A DNA stretch of 64,000 nucleotides from Eledone cirrhosa. Lineage: Eukaryota. Numbering within the stretch: position 1 is the first letter of the stretch; each line of letters begins with the position of its first letter. The notes below the pieces were generated by a model. It made no database searches. It was not told the origin of the DNA and saw nothing but the letters and a program-made list of their open reading frames with translations. The position numbers and the translations under genes were made by a program. Positions 24,517 through 39,640 of the stretch are shown piece after piece. The stretch covers positions 224,006,001 through 224,070,000 of the forward strand of contig OZ024740.1 of the NCBI GenBank assembly GCA_964016885.1, written 5' to 3'.

Positions 24517-27500
24517 GATTTTATTTATTAGCCACAAGGGTCGACATGTAGGGGACAATACAAAGACAGGGACAGTGGGGTTTACAATAAGGTGGAGTAA
24601 AAGTGCACAATGGCAAGACTAATTTAACAATGAAAATATAAAAATATAAATTAAACTATGCATAAATACAACAAAATAAATTCCCCGATAGGGGGTGTAC
24701 GACACTGAGGTGCTTCAGGTACCCCACCAATCCTGAACCACCCTGCACTTCTAGGGCACCCAGGGAGAGCACCCCTCTCCTCAAGTTAGCTAGCCTATAG
24801 GCGCATGGTCAGAGTAGGCCCATTCACACGAGCCATTCTCGCCACATTCACCCACCTTTTAGCAAATGTACTGGGGGCAGCACTTCTCTCTCCACCCTCA
24901 CCTTCCTTTCCAGGTGAAACTTGAAGAAGTTGATGAGGTATTGGCCGAAGTTAAAAGTGTCTGTCTTAAGTCTTTTTAACCTGGTCCACCATATAACCTC
25001 TTTCGCAACTGCCACCAGACAGAGGAAAATTGCCTGCTCTTCCTGACCTAAGGAAGGCGGCGGGTCGATCTTCACTATGGACTCGGCCGATAGCCGGATT
25101 CATTACACACGCGACAGTAGCTGTTCGACATTACTCCACAAGTCAGTAATGCATGGACATTGGACAAGTGCGTGCAGAATGGTTTCGTCGCTCTGTGCGC
25201 ATCTTGGGGAGGGTCCGTCTGACAGCACTTCCGTGCCTGTAGAGTTTATCCCAAACCGGCAGACCCCCCCCCTGTAGCACTGCCAAGCGAGGGATTTCTG
25301 GGAATTATCCATCGTCCCCGGCTCAAAAGTCCTCCAGTACAGACTGGTCAGTTCGACTTCGTCGAGGCCCAAAGCTTCTCCGAGTACGTCATCCCACTTG
25401 CCCACCACTAATCCTCTATAGTCCTCGAGAGCAGAAGTTCCACTGATCGCAATGCCGCTTGGTAGAGGGCAGTGAGTGCCTGGCAACATTCCAGGTGCCA
25501 GTCACCCAGTCTCAGTCTCTTCTTGACCCAGGACTGCAGCTCAATTAAAGAAGAGAGCTGCGGAAAGGCCTGTATGATAAACGGCGACCACACCTGTTCA
25601 CCGTTGAGGCAGAATATCTGGAGATGTCACAGCCTCAACGCATGTCTGCGCATTATTAGCCACGGCATTCCCAGCCCTCCGCGTAGAGGGTGCTCGCAGC
25701 AGATGGATCGCCTCACCAACGGAACTTGTCCCCTCCACAAGAATTTGAAGAGGAGCGGTTCCAGCTTGACGGGGCGCGGACGGGGGCAAGTCACGACGGT
25801 CAGCCGGTAGTAGATGACGGACGCGATGTACGTATTCGTCACCTCCGCGGGACCTTTCAGTGATAGCTTCCTCCCAGCCCATTTTTGGGTGGGACTGGCT
25901 ACTCTGCTCGTTACCTCGTCCCAATTCTTTTCCACCTGGAGGTCTGGTCCGAACCAAACTCCGAGCTACTTTACCGGTCCGTCCGTCCAGCGCCCCACGA
26001 CGCTGTTGGACGGCATGGGCTTTCCTCTCCAGGTTCCGAGCTGCAAGCCCACCAAGTTTTCTGGGTTAAGTTTGGCTCCTGTCAACCTTTCATATTCCTT
26101 CAATAAGGTGCCGACCACCTCGATTTCTGAGGTGTTCAACACCATCACGGTGATGTCGTCCTCATAAGCCGACACTGCCTTTCCACATTCCGGTTCGAGC
26201 GGGATGCCCTGCAACAGCTCCAGCTTCCGCAGTAAAGGCTCGAGAGTCAATACGTACAGAAGGGAAGAGAGAGGGCACCCTTGACGGACCGATCGTAGGA
26301 GTCGAAATGGTTCCGAGAGGTGGCCATTAACCTTGACCACTGAGCGTGTGCCGTGTGCATTGCAGCGATCCAGTTTCTGAAAACAGGGCCGAAGTCAGCT
26401 GCTTTGAGAACAAACTCCAGATGCCGATGGTCGATCCTATCGAATGCTTTCGATTGATCTAAATTGGTCAGTGCCCCACCGAAGCCAGGTTTACACCATA
26501 CCCTCTCTATGATGTATCGCATGAGGTGGAGATTGTCGTGTATGGACTGGCTGGGATTGCGCAAGTTTGCGCCTCCCCAACCAAATCCTCGACGACAAGC
26601 GCCAATCTCTTTGCTAACACCTTGACCAAAATCTTAAACTCTGTGTTGAGAAGAGTTATGGGCCTGAAGTTGTCTAATGTATCCCTCTTGTTCTCGTCTT
26701 TCCTTATCAGCGTCACCACTCCGCTGCTCACAGCAGTGGGAATACTCCCATTCTGCTGCCAGTTGCAGTAGAGCGTTTCGAGGAGATCGGAGAACAAGTC
26801 TTGCATATTTACGTAAAAGATCGTAGGCCAGGCCATCCAAACCGGGTGACTTGCGCTTTACGCAGCCGACAAGGGCGTCCTGAATTTCGGCTGAAGTAAT
26901 TGGCCTTTCGCAGCACTCAACGTCGACCGTCGAAATACGCGGCAAGCCGTCAAGGTAGGGACTGAAATCCGCTACTCTCTCTGAATTGCCACTCTCCCCG
27001 AACAACCGAGCAAAATGCTGGCGAAAGGCCTCACACATCCGCTTGGAATCGCTTATCTTGTGTCCGTCTCGGTTCGCCAAAGACCGAATTGTGATTTTGT
27101 TACCACGCTGCGCCTCCTCCACGCGGGCCCATCGAACAGCTTTTGTTACCTCGTTTCTCAGCGCTCGCGCCTTAGCTCTAACAATGCAACCTTCGTGTTT
27201 CGCATTGAAGAAATGGCCTAATGCCATTCTCGCTGCTAGCACGTCAGTTGCGATGCCACTACAAATAGCCTCGTCTAACTTATCTACCAGCTCCCCCTCC
27301 TTTCTATTTTCCTCTAACGCTAGTTCTTTGCTGAGCTCTATCGAAGTTACTCTAATCTCTCTTTTGAAACCCCCCACCATCTGTTGTTGATGATCCCTCC
27401 TGTCAACTTTTGCTTAACTAAATTGTTGACTCGGTCCCTGTAAGCCTTACGTGCCGGAAATGACATGTTCAGCTTTCAGTAACCCGGTCCTAACCAAATT

Positions 27501-29762
27501 TGTGAACTGAATAAGCGACCGTTTTAAAAAGTGGGCAGCCCACACTATTTCTATCTATTTTTCATTTTTCAAATGAAGATCCTGTCTATATACGATCTAG
27601 ATGACCCATTCGGTTGATCCATGTCCATACTGGCCCAGTGGGGAAATCTAGTCCATACATGTCAGACAATTGGAACTGGCTGAGTAGGTGCTTGAGGCTT
27701 TTGCACCCTCGCTCCTATCGGCTACTCCCACACAATCCCAGCGTGCGTCTAAGATGCCATTCCAATCCCCCGCTAACAATAAAGGGCGAGACGTACCCAG
27801 AAAGGTCTCCAGGCGCCTAAAGAAGTCCGATCGTATGGGCCCTGTAGGGGCGTAGACGGCCAGCAGTCTAAAGGTACCACCTTTGCTACTGCTCACATCC
27901 AAGACCACCAACTTACCGTCCGGGTCCCGGAAGATCGATCTTACCTCGAGATCCAGTCCTTTCCTAAACAGCACTGCCACCCCACCCAACATTCCCGGCC
28001 TGCTAACAGATGCGAAGATCTGATAGTCGTCGAAAATGGGGGCTAGTGCGCGCGTGTCGGAAATTCTGGTCTCGCTGACGGCAATCACATCCATTTCCAG
28101 CGACCTGAGGTCGTTGAGCAGGCGACCCTGCTTCCAGGGTGACCCCAGGCCGCGAACATTTAAACTTCTTACTCTTAATATGGACCATGTTGGTAAGCTA
28201 AGAGAGAGAGGGAATGTTTACTTACCTCCCGGGGTCTTGTGAAGGTCGGGTGATTCGACTTCCATGATTGGTGGGGTTTCTTTTGGGAACCCCTTTAAAA
28301 GTCTCGATGTGGGTTTCACATTCGGGGTTCCAATGTCTTGAGGAAAGCTCTCTCGAATTTCTTTGAAGGAATTGAGTGACTTTCGGACCAGAAGCAAATC
28401 TTCTGGCACGCAAAATGCGCTCATTTAAAAACCTCCCCGTCTGTTTGAATGTCCTCGCTTCGTGCTAAGAGGGCCATCAGTTTATCGTTGGCCCTTCTGA
28501 CAAGCACGAAGTTTTTTACATTTCGTTGGTGTGGTTTTATTTGTTTTCGTTTTGGTGACTGTGGTGGTGATGGTTTTGGTGGTGTTGTTTCGGGTATGTC
28601 TGTGTTTGTTGTAGGTGTGATGTCTGCAATTTCAGGTATTTGTGTGTTTATTTGTACTTGTGTTTGTTTAGGTTGTTTGCGTTTCGGGGATTGTAGGTGT
28701 GGTGTCGATGTTGCTGTTGGTGCTGATGTTATTGGGGAAGTTTTTGCGTTAGCGGTGTCTGTATGTTTTATTGTGTATGTTTTTGTGTTTTGTTGGGGCT
28801 TTTTATTTTGGTGAGTTTTCTCTGTTTTTTTTGCACTTTTGGGTTTTCCTTCATCTTCGCTGCTGGAAGACAAAGGGTCTGTGGCTGTGAGTGTCTCTGT
28901 GTCTGTGTGTGCGTTTATTGTTTTGTCTATGTGTATAATTGGGGGGATAGGGGGAGTGGGAGAGCTTTCCTTGTTTTCCCCTTGGATTGGTTTTTGTGTT
29001 GGTGGTGATCCGGCTGTTTTTGATGTTGGTGTCCGTGTCTTTGTTAGTGTTGTTTTTGGTGGTGGTGCAGCTTTCTGTCCTGACACTGGTGTTGGCAACA
29101 AAGGAGGTTTGCGACCCCTTGCATTTTTGCGCTGAGGGCAGAAGGCTTGCAGATGCGTTGTTTCCCCGCAGACGAAGCAGCGTGGCCTACTTCCGTCAAT
29201 GATTAGTTGGATTATTGTCCCGTCCTATAGGCGGGAAAAATCCGGGATGTTGTTCATGTCCTCCGGTTTCATTTGGAGAAGAATCTCCAAATCCATTCCG
29301 GACCAGTCCTTTCTCTCTGTCCTTTTGATATCCAGGAGGGTAGTGTATGTCCCCTCCTCGATTACGCATCCCAGCAGCCACCATATGTTCATTCCTGGTG
29401 GGATGCTGGGAAAGCGGACGTTTACTGTCCATTTACCCATGTAGGACGGATGCATGATAATGCGTTCCGTTCTGCAGGGGGTCACCGAGTGCTTAATAGC
29501 GAGGGCCTCGGTTTTGAACAGTACCGAGATGGTACCGAACTGTTTGCTTCTTGCTTATACTCTATGTTACTTCCAATGTACTCCAAAGCAGCCTCGACAT
29601 CTGCTTGGCTGGTAAGTTCCACTTTTCGTGTCTGCACCGAAATGCATCGAAAGTACACCGTCCTCCTTTGCATGGCTGCTATTGCCTCGTCCGGGATGGT
29701 CAGGTTTGCCCAGGACTTCTCCCGTTTAATTAGCCTCCACGCTTGGGCCAACTGTTCGTCTT
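24517..29762 (-). mobile_element. L1/Tx1-type LINE, frameshifted
   Basis: ORF1 remnant with a zinc knuckle and a P/T/K-rich tract; APE (SET, GGVA, VYAP, GDWN); RT (SPGLDGL, FRPITLLN, DQSKAFDR, VRQGCPLS, YEDD); C-terminal PRC...ETILHALVQC; ATT-type tail. Confidence 0.92.
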
Positions 29763-30099
29763 TAATAATGATAATGATAATAATAATTAGTTGTAATTTA
29801 GGCACAAGGCCAGCAATTTTGAGGTGTATGGAAAGTAGATTTTACTGACTCTAATTCCTTTCTGTTAATTTATATATCAATCTTGAAAGAATGACAGGCA
29901 AATTTGCCCGTGGTGGAATTTGAATCCAGAATGTAACGGCCCATAACTAAATACTATAGACCATGTTTTCTAATGCTTTAATGGTTTGACTAATTCACAG
30001 TAATGTTTCTATACTAACATAGGCAGAAGGTTAGTAATTTAAAGAAAGGCATTAGTAATTTAAATCAACACATCTAATAAACTGGAAATTTAATTTAAG

Positions 30100-30680
30100 G
30101 ATACAGGAAGGATGTTGACTTTGATGGTATTTGAAAGAAAATGCAAAAGACTGGGAATGAATACTACAATAGTAATGAATGTGAAGACAATGAAAGGTTT
30201 CCCCCTAGGTTCACAAGGATGACTGTATGACACCTGTGTGTGAAGTGTGATGCTACACGGTATTGGAACATGGGGTGACTCTAGAGGACACGCATGGACT
30301 AGAAAGAAATGAGGCATCCAAGCATCAATTGATGTGTAATGTGAATGTGACAGAAAGGCAGATTTTGGAAGAACTGAGGGAGAAACAGGTTTAAGAGGAA
30401 TCTGAAGTGATGTACAAGAGATAAGACTGCATTGGTAAAACAAATTACATGTAAGGATGATGATCGTTGGGTGAAGAATTGCCAGTCAATATCAGTGGAA
30501 AAAAGCCGCTGTAGAGTTAGACAAATGAAGACCTGAAAAGAATTAGTGAGAGCTGATTTCAAATCCCTGAGACTCACAGAGGAGATGACAAGTGAAGATA
30601 GGCTGTGCTGAAAAAAACCCAACTAACCCATGCAAGCATGGAAAAACAGATGTAAAAAACAATGACGTTGATGATGATGA
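30100..30680 (+). mobile_element. Old 5'-truncated RTE copy
   Basis: Diverged homolog of 23150-23755, ending catgcaagcatggaaaaacagatgtaaaa...gatgatgatga. Confidence 0.75.
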
Positions 30681-31074
30681 GAAGACATTGTGATGTTTTG
30701 AAAACAAATCAAATATCATATAAAAAATGTGATAGTCTACACAGTGTATATATATATGACAGTCCTCTGGTAGAAGAACCATCGACTAGGGTCAATCCAG
30801 GAAACCCACAGATACAGAAATACCTTGACTACAAATATTAAGTGCTTCAATTTTTATCAACATTCACACACAACAAATTGTATTTGAATATTGATGTTTT
30901 TATTATCAAAAGCATTGCTAAAATTGTCCTCAATATATTTAATAATATCCCTTTTAAAGCATGTGGCCGATTGCAAAACATTTTGTGGAAAATTCCCAAT
31001 AAATGTATTAAAAGAAATGCAATGCATACACATTTCTTACCAGGAAAGGAATGATGATAATAATGATAATAATA

Positions 31075-31335
31075 ATTGTTTCTACTTTTGGCACAAGAGC
31101 AGCAATTATCTCAGTGCATTACTGGTACTTTATTTTATCGATCCCGTAAGGATGAAATGCAAAGTTAACCTCAGTGGGATTTGAACTGAGACTATAAAGG
31201 GGCATAACTCTATGCTGCAAAGCATGGCGTCCAACGCTCTACCAATACTGCCAATCCACAATAATAATAATTGTTTCTACTTTTGGCACAAGGCCAGCAA
31301 ATTACCCTGTGTATTACTGGTACTTTATTTTATCA
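31075..31335 (-). mobile_element. Two adjacent SINE family B copies (one full, one partial)
   Basis: tgtttctacttttggcacaag...ctggtactttattttatc occurs twice. Confidence 0.8.
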
Positions 31336-31399
31336 ATGGTAATGATGATAATTTATGTAATGGTGATAATGATAATAATTCTAAAGACACTCTTTAGCC

Positions 31400-32540
31400 T
31401 AGTAAGGACATAACATAAACAAGGAATCTTATCCAAACCATTGCGCTACTTGTTGAGGAGAAATTACAATTGACGAAAACAAAGCAAGGTAATACAAAAG
31501 AACTACAGTGGAAACGACATTGAAAATGACATAGCACAGTTAAGGTAAGATCTAAGTAAAATTAAGGAAAGGTTTAGAGGAAAATGGAAAAATGACTGAT
31601 TAAGATATATTAGAAAAGAAAATATAAAGTAAAGAAGAATCAAATCTATACAGTAATGGAACAATCATAACAGAGGACTTTCTCAAAAAGTCAGAAGATT
31701 TGAAGATATCTGAATGGAAATAAGCATTTTGAGGAGAATAGATTGTTAAAAAATAATTCAAAATAATTCTTCCACAGTTTGAAAGGAGACAATATGAAGG
31801 ATGCTGTCCGTGATACTGACCAGGCCAAAAAGTTTGGAATGGAATATAGGGAAACACTGTGATGCATAGAAGGGATGCCAAGTAGACAGAAACCACCAAG
31901 ACAGAATTGTGATGAGTAACTAGACTAAGAAATATTACCATAAGCACAGTGGATGTGAATGATCCATTGTCCAACGTACCAAACTGCAGTTCATGAAAAA
32001 CTAGATACTCAAATGAATGGATCTGTCCAGAGAAGTGCAGTTTCCACTTGAAAGATAACAAGAAGGACAATGCTTATAATATAAGATAGAAGTAAGGGGA
32101 CTGTTGTGGGAAGCTAGTGTCCTAATGGTGCTTACTGGAATATTTGCAGAGGAGGCATATGCTTTTTTGTTACAAGAATGAATATTACCAAGGGAACAAA
32201 AAGGGTGTAAGAGAAGATCTCAGGGTACCAGGGATAACCTTGCTATTGATAAAACAGTTTTGAGGTATCGTAAAAAATATCATATCAATCTGTCTGTGTC
32301 CTAAATTGACTTTCAGAAAGCATACTAGAGTGGAAGACCAAGTTGTTGTAAGAGGGTAATGTGAAAGTGATACCAGTCATGATCGGGGCATTAGAGACTA
32401 TCCTATTGACTTTTTAAAGTAGTTGGGAATAACATAAAAGATTGGTATCATATAAACATCACACTGTATAAATTTAAGGAAAGTATTATGTATCTGAAAT
32501 ACTTGTTGTGATTTGACAGATGATTAAATTCTCCAGTGCA
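31400..32540 (+). pseudogene. Heavily decayed R4/Dong-like retrotransposon
   Basis: Residual gaacaaaaagggtgtaagagaagatctcagggtacc (EQKGCKRRSQGT), attgataaa, gactttcagaaagcata and gtgataccagtcatgatcggggcatta (VIPVMIGAL) match motifs of the ORF at 53762-56773. Confidence 0.65.
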
Positions 32541-33110
32541 TATTCCCTCTATACTGTGTGTGCTAAGTTTTTAAAGAATCTTCGTTATTCATATAAATGT
32601 TTTAATAATATGTCTATATATTTTTTTAAAATTATCAATAGATATTGTAGAATGTTAAATGTATACACTGTATCCCTGTTTCATAAGAGGTGATTAAAAG
32701 GCATCCAAAATTGTAAATATTTTCCTTAAAAGGATCCCATGATGAATATGGTTAAGCCTGACAGGGAGCCAGCAAAACAAAGCATACATTGCTTGAAAAA
32801 GAAAAGAGAGGGAGAATAAGACAGAGATCATGATTATATTTACTGAAAAATATTAAAAAACTCTAGCTTTGAAATATTCTATTGTTGAGCTGGTTAATAG
32901 TTATTCTGAAGAAAAGTAATTCATATAATATGGATTCATTTTGGACAAATGCATTGATCACTAATGTGAAAAAAAATTGAATGTTATCAAAAAGAGATTA
33001 GAGAATATTTACACACACACATATATAGTCATATACACATATATATATATACGAAAATATGTGTGTGTGTAAGTAAATATATACATTTACATATGCATAC
33101 AAACACACAC

Positions 33111-33334
<224 letters not shown>

Positions 33335-33347
33335 CACATAATGTAGA

Positions 33348-34120
33348 TCCTGGGTACACAAGAGATGTAGTGGGATAGCAGGCAAACTAACAGATAGGGA
33401 AAAATAGATATGCAGTAGATGTACAGGGAAATTAGACAGTAGAAGTTGCATTGATAGACACATTTTTCAAATGTAGGCGGGTGCTATAGAAGTGGTGGAT
33501 AGCTTCCGGTACCTAGGAGATCAGATTAGCATGGGAGGGGGGTGTTCCGAAGCCATAGTATCTAGAATAAGGACGGGTTGGAAGAAGTGTCGGGAGCTGC
33601 TTCCTCTGCTGACGAAGAAGAGTTTCTCCCTGCGTACGAAAGGCTGGTTGTATGATGCCTGTGTGAGGAGCGCGATGCTGCATGGTAGTGAGACATGGGT
33701 AGCAACTGCAGAGGATATGTGATGGCTGGAGAGAAATGAGGCAAGCATGCTCCATTGGATGTGCAATGTCAAAGTGCGTGAACGACCCAGCATAAATGTG
33801 TTGAGAGAGAAACTGTGTCTGAAAGGGATAACATGTAGTGTGCAAGAGAGGAGACTGAGGTGGTATGGACATGTGATGCGCATGGAGGATGACCGATGGG
33901 TGAAGAAGTGCCAGGAAATGTCAGTTGAAGGAAAACGTGGTAGAGGTAGACCATGAAAAACATGGGTAGAGGTGGTAAGAACAGACCTCAGATCGCTGAA
34001 GCTCACGGTGGAGATGACGAAGGACCGTGACAAGTTGAGAGATGCTGTGCTGAATAAGACCCATCCCACCCTTGCAAGCAGGGAGGAGCGGACGTAAAAT
34101 TATGATGATGATGATGATGA
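33348..34120 (+). mobile_element. 5'-truncated RTE copy of the same family as 20635-23755
   Basis: High similarity to 22984-23755, motifs FRYLGD and MLHGSETW, and a (GAT)n tail. Followed by (GA)n at 34143-34235. Confidence 0.92.
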
Positions 34121-34161
34121 TATATGTATATATATATATATAGAGAGAGAGATAGATAGAT

Positions 34162-34238
<77 letters not shown>

Positions 34239-35585
34239 TCATCCTCAACATATAATATCTGTTTTCCGTACTTGCACATTCTTGGTTTGGGTGTTCTCTC
34301 TAACACATACTTCTTTATAGTGGGAACTGGGTGCTTATATACATACATACATAAATACATACATTCATGTATACATACTTATAAATACATACTTATATAT
34401 ATAAATAAATACATACTTATATACATATATGCATATACGTATATACATATATTTGTGTGTATTTTTATGTGCGTGTTTGCATAGCCGTATTTAACTGATG
34501 CAGTATTTGTAGGGGCAATATTTTAATTGCAGCTTGACAAGTTTCAATCACTTGAAAACTATTTTCTATATGATTATCAAATGCTGTTTCAAACCAACAT
34601 TATCACATTTCCAATATTACCGGCTTTACAAATATCTTTGAAGTGAGGTTTTCCAATACTCATAAAATACTAGAATAAACTTTGTTGTCTGGTGGAGCCT
34701 CTAGCAATACAAAGTATGTATTATGTATTTACAGAGTTATTACGACATTGGATTAAATGCCTCTTAATTTGTTTAGGCTCACTGTGTTCTGAGTTCTAAT
34801 CCTGTTGAGGTAAACTTTGCCTTTTCATTATTTGAAGAGCACAAAATAAATTACTATTCCAGACCTGGGGGACTGGGAAAATTGTTAGCGAGTTCAACAG
34901 GAAGTTTTCTAGTATTTGATATGGCACTGTGCATTACGGATCAAGCAGTACAGCCTTCTATCATGTTTTGCAACTGGCAGATAGTATCAGTAATGGAAGC
35001 ATCGTTTCCTTGGTTCAATTTATTGATTACCTTCTTTCCTTTTTTAGCTGTTTTGTTGCTGTAAGATATAGGGGATGAGCATTAGTGATTATATGTGTAC
35101 TTAATGGTATTCAAACATTTCCCAGTAACAAGGATAGCTGCTGCATTAAGTTACACAAACCAAAAGTAACATTTAATGATTAATTTAAGAACACTTATTT
35201 AATAATCTAAAAATGGTGAAATTTCTTAGCTAAGAAGGCAAGACCAATTAATTGATAATCAGTAAGTGGCTAGTTTGCTTATTGGCGCATCCCTAGAAAC
35301 AATATTACACTTACGTAGTATCACTTCACTTATGTAGCATGATTACACTTACATAATATTTATATAACAACATCACTACACAAATAAAAAAGATAAAGAG
35401 ATATAGAGGGAGGTTGCCGGCTACACCTTATGATCTGATTTAAAATCCCGGCTAGGTGGAATTTGCCTTTATTTATTCTATGGACTATGAAATAATTACC
35501 AGTTATTGGGGTCGAAATCAATGGCTATACTCTTGAAGGTAGAGCTTCAGAATGGATACAGCCTAAGTAAAACTAGTAAAAAAAA

Positions 35586-35773
35586 TAATTGTTTCTACTT
35601 TTGGCACAAGGCCAGCAATTACCCAGTGCATTACTGATACTTTATTTTATCAACCGCGTAAGGATGAAAGGCAAAGTTAACCTCGGCGGGATTTGAACTC
35701 AGATCATACAAGGAGGTAACTCTATGCTTCAAAGCATGACGTCCGACCCTCTACGGATACTGCCAATCCACCG
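35586..35773 (-). mobile_element. SINE family B
   Basis: Full reverse-complement match to 10096-10285. Confidence 0.85.
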
Positions 35774-35931
35774 CATAATAAAAATAATGCAACTCAGAAA
35801 TCTTGAGTGAGTATAATAATGAAAAGAAATATTATTTAATCATTTTGTTGCCATTTTGTTAAGGAAAGTCACATTCTATGTGCTTCAATTAATTTTGAAA
35901 ATAATCAAGAATTTTGAGGGATTTTATAACA

Positions 35932-36118
35932 TAATTGTTTCTACTTTAGGCACAAGGCCAGCAATTACCCAGTACATTACTGGTACTTTATTTTATCGAC
36001 CCCGTAAGGATGAAAAGCAAAGTCAACCTCGGCGGGATTTGAACTCAGATCGTAAAGGGACGTAACTATGCTGGAAAGCATGGCGTCCGACCCTCCACCG
36101 ATACTGCCAATCCACCGC
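35932..36118 (-). mobile_element. SINE family B
   Basis: Full reverse-complement match to 10096-10285. Confidence 0.85.
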
Positions 36119-36634
36119 TCTATTTAATAACATAATGAACATTATTAAGTCATTGTTTGCAACATAAAACGTTCTTACATAAACGTATCAAGTAATCTTT
36201 TAATACAATTATCAATACTTTAAAATGACCAGTTTTGTATAACAAAGCTTGGGATTGTTTCTAACTGTTTTATATATAAAGTGTTAATCTGTTAATTTAG
36301 AATGTTGCATAGCACCAAGGTTTTGCAATTACTAATAATTATAAACTTGCAGAAAATATTGGCGTTCTTATATAATAAAAAGGATCTTACATCACTTACA
36401 TAACTTATATAGCAATTATAACAGTAGATTTTATACAGACAATTAAAACAGAATCCAATATCCCAGTTAAATATTATATATAAGCATGCTAACGAACTAC
36501 CATGAATATCTATTACTCTCTCACCAGTATCATTGAAATAGACTTTGAGAAATAAAGGATGAAATACAAAGGTAGAGAGTGAGATGAGGAAGGATGTGGA
36601 AAAATCTTTTGAGAATGGGCATGTATTATATATT

Positions 36635-36980
36635 TCATTCATTTCATTTTCATTTCATTGTACGTCCGCTTTTCCCTGCTTGCAAGGGTGGGACGGGAAC
36701 TGATTCTGGCTTGATTTCTACAGCTGGATGCTCTTCCTAACACCAACCTCATTTACAGTGAGTGCTGGGTGCTTTTTTTGCCGTGGCACCTACACGTCCA
36801 CTTTGCAGTGGAATCATAGGGAACCCAGTCCCTATCATCTCATTTCTACAGCTGAGTAAACTGGAGCAATGTGAAATAAAGTGTCTTGCTCAAGGAAAAA
36901 ACACATCACCCGGTCCGAGAATTGAACTCACAACCTTTCGATTGCAAGGCCAATGGTCCAACCATTAAGCCATGTGCCCC
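36635..36980 (-). mobile_element. SINE family A with an (AATGA)n tail
   Basis: Reverse complement of 925-1240. The tail repeat unit differs from the (GAT)n of the other copies. Confidence 0.9.
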
Positions 36981-36981
36981 C

Positions 36982-37038
<57 letters not shown>

Positions 37039-37089
37039 AACCAATCTTCTTTCACAGAAGTCCAGAAGTTCAGCCTAGTGTCTTTCTAG

Positions 37090-37310
37090 AGGAAAACCTA
37101 CCTCGGATCTACTGTGACAAACGATAGTAAGCATGATAAATAAATTGAAATAAATATAGGCAAGGCAAGATCAGCTTTTGACAAACTCTATCAGCAAAAC
37201 ACTGGAATATCTATTACGTATGTCTCTATTAAAACTAAAATTGAAATCTACAAAGCAGTCACCATAACAACTTGTATGGAGTATAATCCTGGGCAACCTA
37301 TATGTAAGAT
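37090..37310 (+). pseudogene. Fragment of another RTE-type LINE (post-RT region)
   Basis: Translates to IGKARSAFDKL...SIKTKIEIYKAV. Confidence 0.55.
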
Positions 37311-37992
37311 AAAATGGTATAATTGACTGAGCAACAGTGATATCTTGTCTACACTCTTATAGAAACTTTCTTAATCAGGACTCAGCTGAGCTAATGGGGT
37401 CATGATTTGCAAATGAATATAATAGAATTCCAAAGAAAGTCTTTTATGAACAACTAGAAACTTTGCAGTGTAGGCTCGGTAATTTACTATGGTGTAAAGA
37501 AAATTTAGACATAACTTAATATGCTTCAACTGAAACTGTAATAGCTGTGGAATATAGTGCCATATAAAATTGTTAATCTTTGAAGCAAACGAATCCTTCA
37601 ACATGACGAGCTACATGAAGAAAAAGCAAGATCATCGTTTTGTCTGAATATTCATCTCTTCCTATTACTTCAAGGCTGCTGTTGTTTCTATCTTCATTAC
37701 TGAACATTTGTATGTCAATTTCAATAAGATATATATTCTATTATGTATATAACAGTAAATGTAAAGGATTAACAAGGCAGTTGCAGTTTTGACTAGTTAC
37801 CTCTTCAAGCTTTCATCAAGAAAATTTTTTGAATTTAAAGGAAATGAGAGGAAAGGTGGGAGTTAGAGACAAAGATGGAAGAGGAGGAAAAAAGAATTGG
37901 AAATGCGTGTGCGTTTATGTTTATGTGCATTTGTGTGTGTGTTTGTTATAAATGAGATAATAAGGTTTCACTTTAAAATGTTTTATTCCATA

Positions 37993-38806
37993 CTAGCAGT
38001 AAAGCCTGGCGTTGCTCGGGGTCGCTCAGTAGCTGTGTTAAAGTTACAATGTTAAGTTTCTTTTTTGGCTTAAAAACTGTAGTGTCTACTGTGCAGACTT
38101 GCATGTGGTGTTTTTGATTAATATTCCCTCAACCAACAATATGCCTTATGAAGTTAAGAAAACATAACGATAACCCGAATGTTATAACAAAAGAGGATGC
38201 TGGGGATAAAAACTGCACTGGTTATTTATTAACAAAGATCGAAAATGTAAACACTGCAACGCAGAGAAAAACATTAGCGTAACCAAATTATCAGTTATGT
38301 CTGTCTGCACGCCTATATCACCTCTCTGCACGACTGTCTGTCTGCACGCCTGAAATATTTGCTTGTTTTACGTAGTCTTTAAATAGACTTGTTTTCAAGT
38401 AAAAATATTGTTTTAAAATGCTTTTAAATGGAAATGAAGCAAAACGGAAGCTTAGTGTTCGAACTGATGAATTTTGCAGGTCAATATTTTGCTGGCTCGA
38501 CAACTGTTCGTGTATTGTGTTAATGTCATTTTAAACGCTGAGAAAGCCAGCGTAATTTTTTACGTAAGACGCTCAATGTAAACAGAACAAAGGGAAATAA
38601 CTGATAACTTACGCTCAAAAATCGATACATTATATTCGATTTCGTCACATAGGGTGGGTCAATTTGAAATATTTTTTTCCGATGTCTTCGCTAGGGCTCA
38701 ATGTACAAGTATAGCAATTTCGGTGCAATTCCGTCAGAGATTCTAAGAGGAGATGTGTGCCAAAAATCGATAGACAGACAGACAACCACAGTTTTATATA
38801 TATAGA
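37993..38806 (-). mobile_element. Non-autonomous Helitron
   Basis: The minus strand begins TCTATATATATAAAA and ends with the hairpin CCCGAGCAACGCCAGG, 8 nt, then CTAG. Inserted between A and T with no TSD. Confidence 0.85.
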
Positions 38807-38874
38807 TTAAACGTAACTATTGTTGAAAGTTCAGTTTCTGTACACACAAAGAATATCTCGTATAGCAGATAGGC

Positions 38875-39640
38875 TGTAGAAGACAATTCAAGAAGTGTGG
38901 AAAATGCTTTGTTGATAAATGTTCAATTCTTTTGCTGCTGGATTATGGGAGGAACACACTAGGAGTTATCTTGTGGTAGGTCTTTTCATCTCACTGTCCA
39001 AGAGAGTTTTCTCTCTGCTGGACCAGCAGCTTTTGTAATGAGGCGGCAACAATGTATTCATATGCGATCTAAAACGATTGGTTTGTTTAACCAAATCACG
39101 TATGAATACATTGTTGTTGCGATAATATATGAAATAGTTCCGCTACACCACCCTCTGCTTAGACTGAGAAGAAGATCTCTAAAAAGGTAACACAAGTCAA
39201 GCAAACTAAATACAACAATGAAGAAAAAGAGAAAAAAAGAACAGTTCATATATAAATTGTTTTACAAAGTTTCTTGAGCCAATGAACACGATCAACACTC
39301 CGGGTTGTTGTGATGTATGTTGAAGGTGAAGGAGTATGTGTATGAACGTGTGGTGCTTGTGATGGTGTTTGTATTGACACAGTGAAGGAGGGGGAGTATG
39401 AGGCTCTCGTGAGAGCATCGGTGTAGGCCCACTTCAATCTGTCAATAGAGACACAGTCTCTATGACCGTCCATTAAAGTCAATGGTGAAATGTTTGTCTC
39501 TATGTGCTAGCACACGATAGGGTCCAGAGTAAGGTGGAGTGAGATGATTTCTCACTGCATCATTTCTGACAAAGACATGGGTCCATGAGGCAATTTCCCT
39601 CGGAACCGAAGATTTAACTGCTTATTGCCGAATGTTCTGC
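38875..39640 (-). mobile_element. Gypsy LTR-retrotransposon 3' remnant (integrase tail, PPT, 273-bp LTR)
   Basis: HVFVRNDAVR..LTPPYSGPYRVL...VSIDRLKWAY (GPY/F module). PPT AGAGGGTGG at 39148-39156. LTR 38875-39147 is bounded by TGTAG...CTACA. Confidence 0.85.
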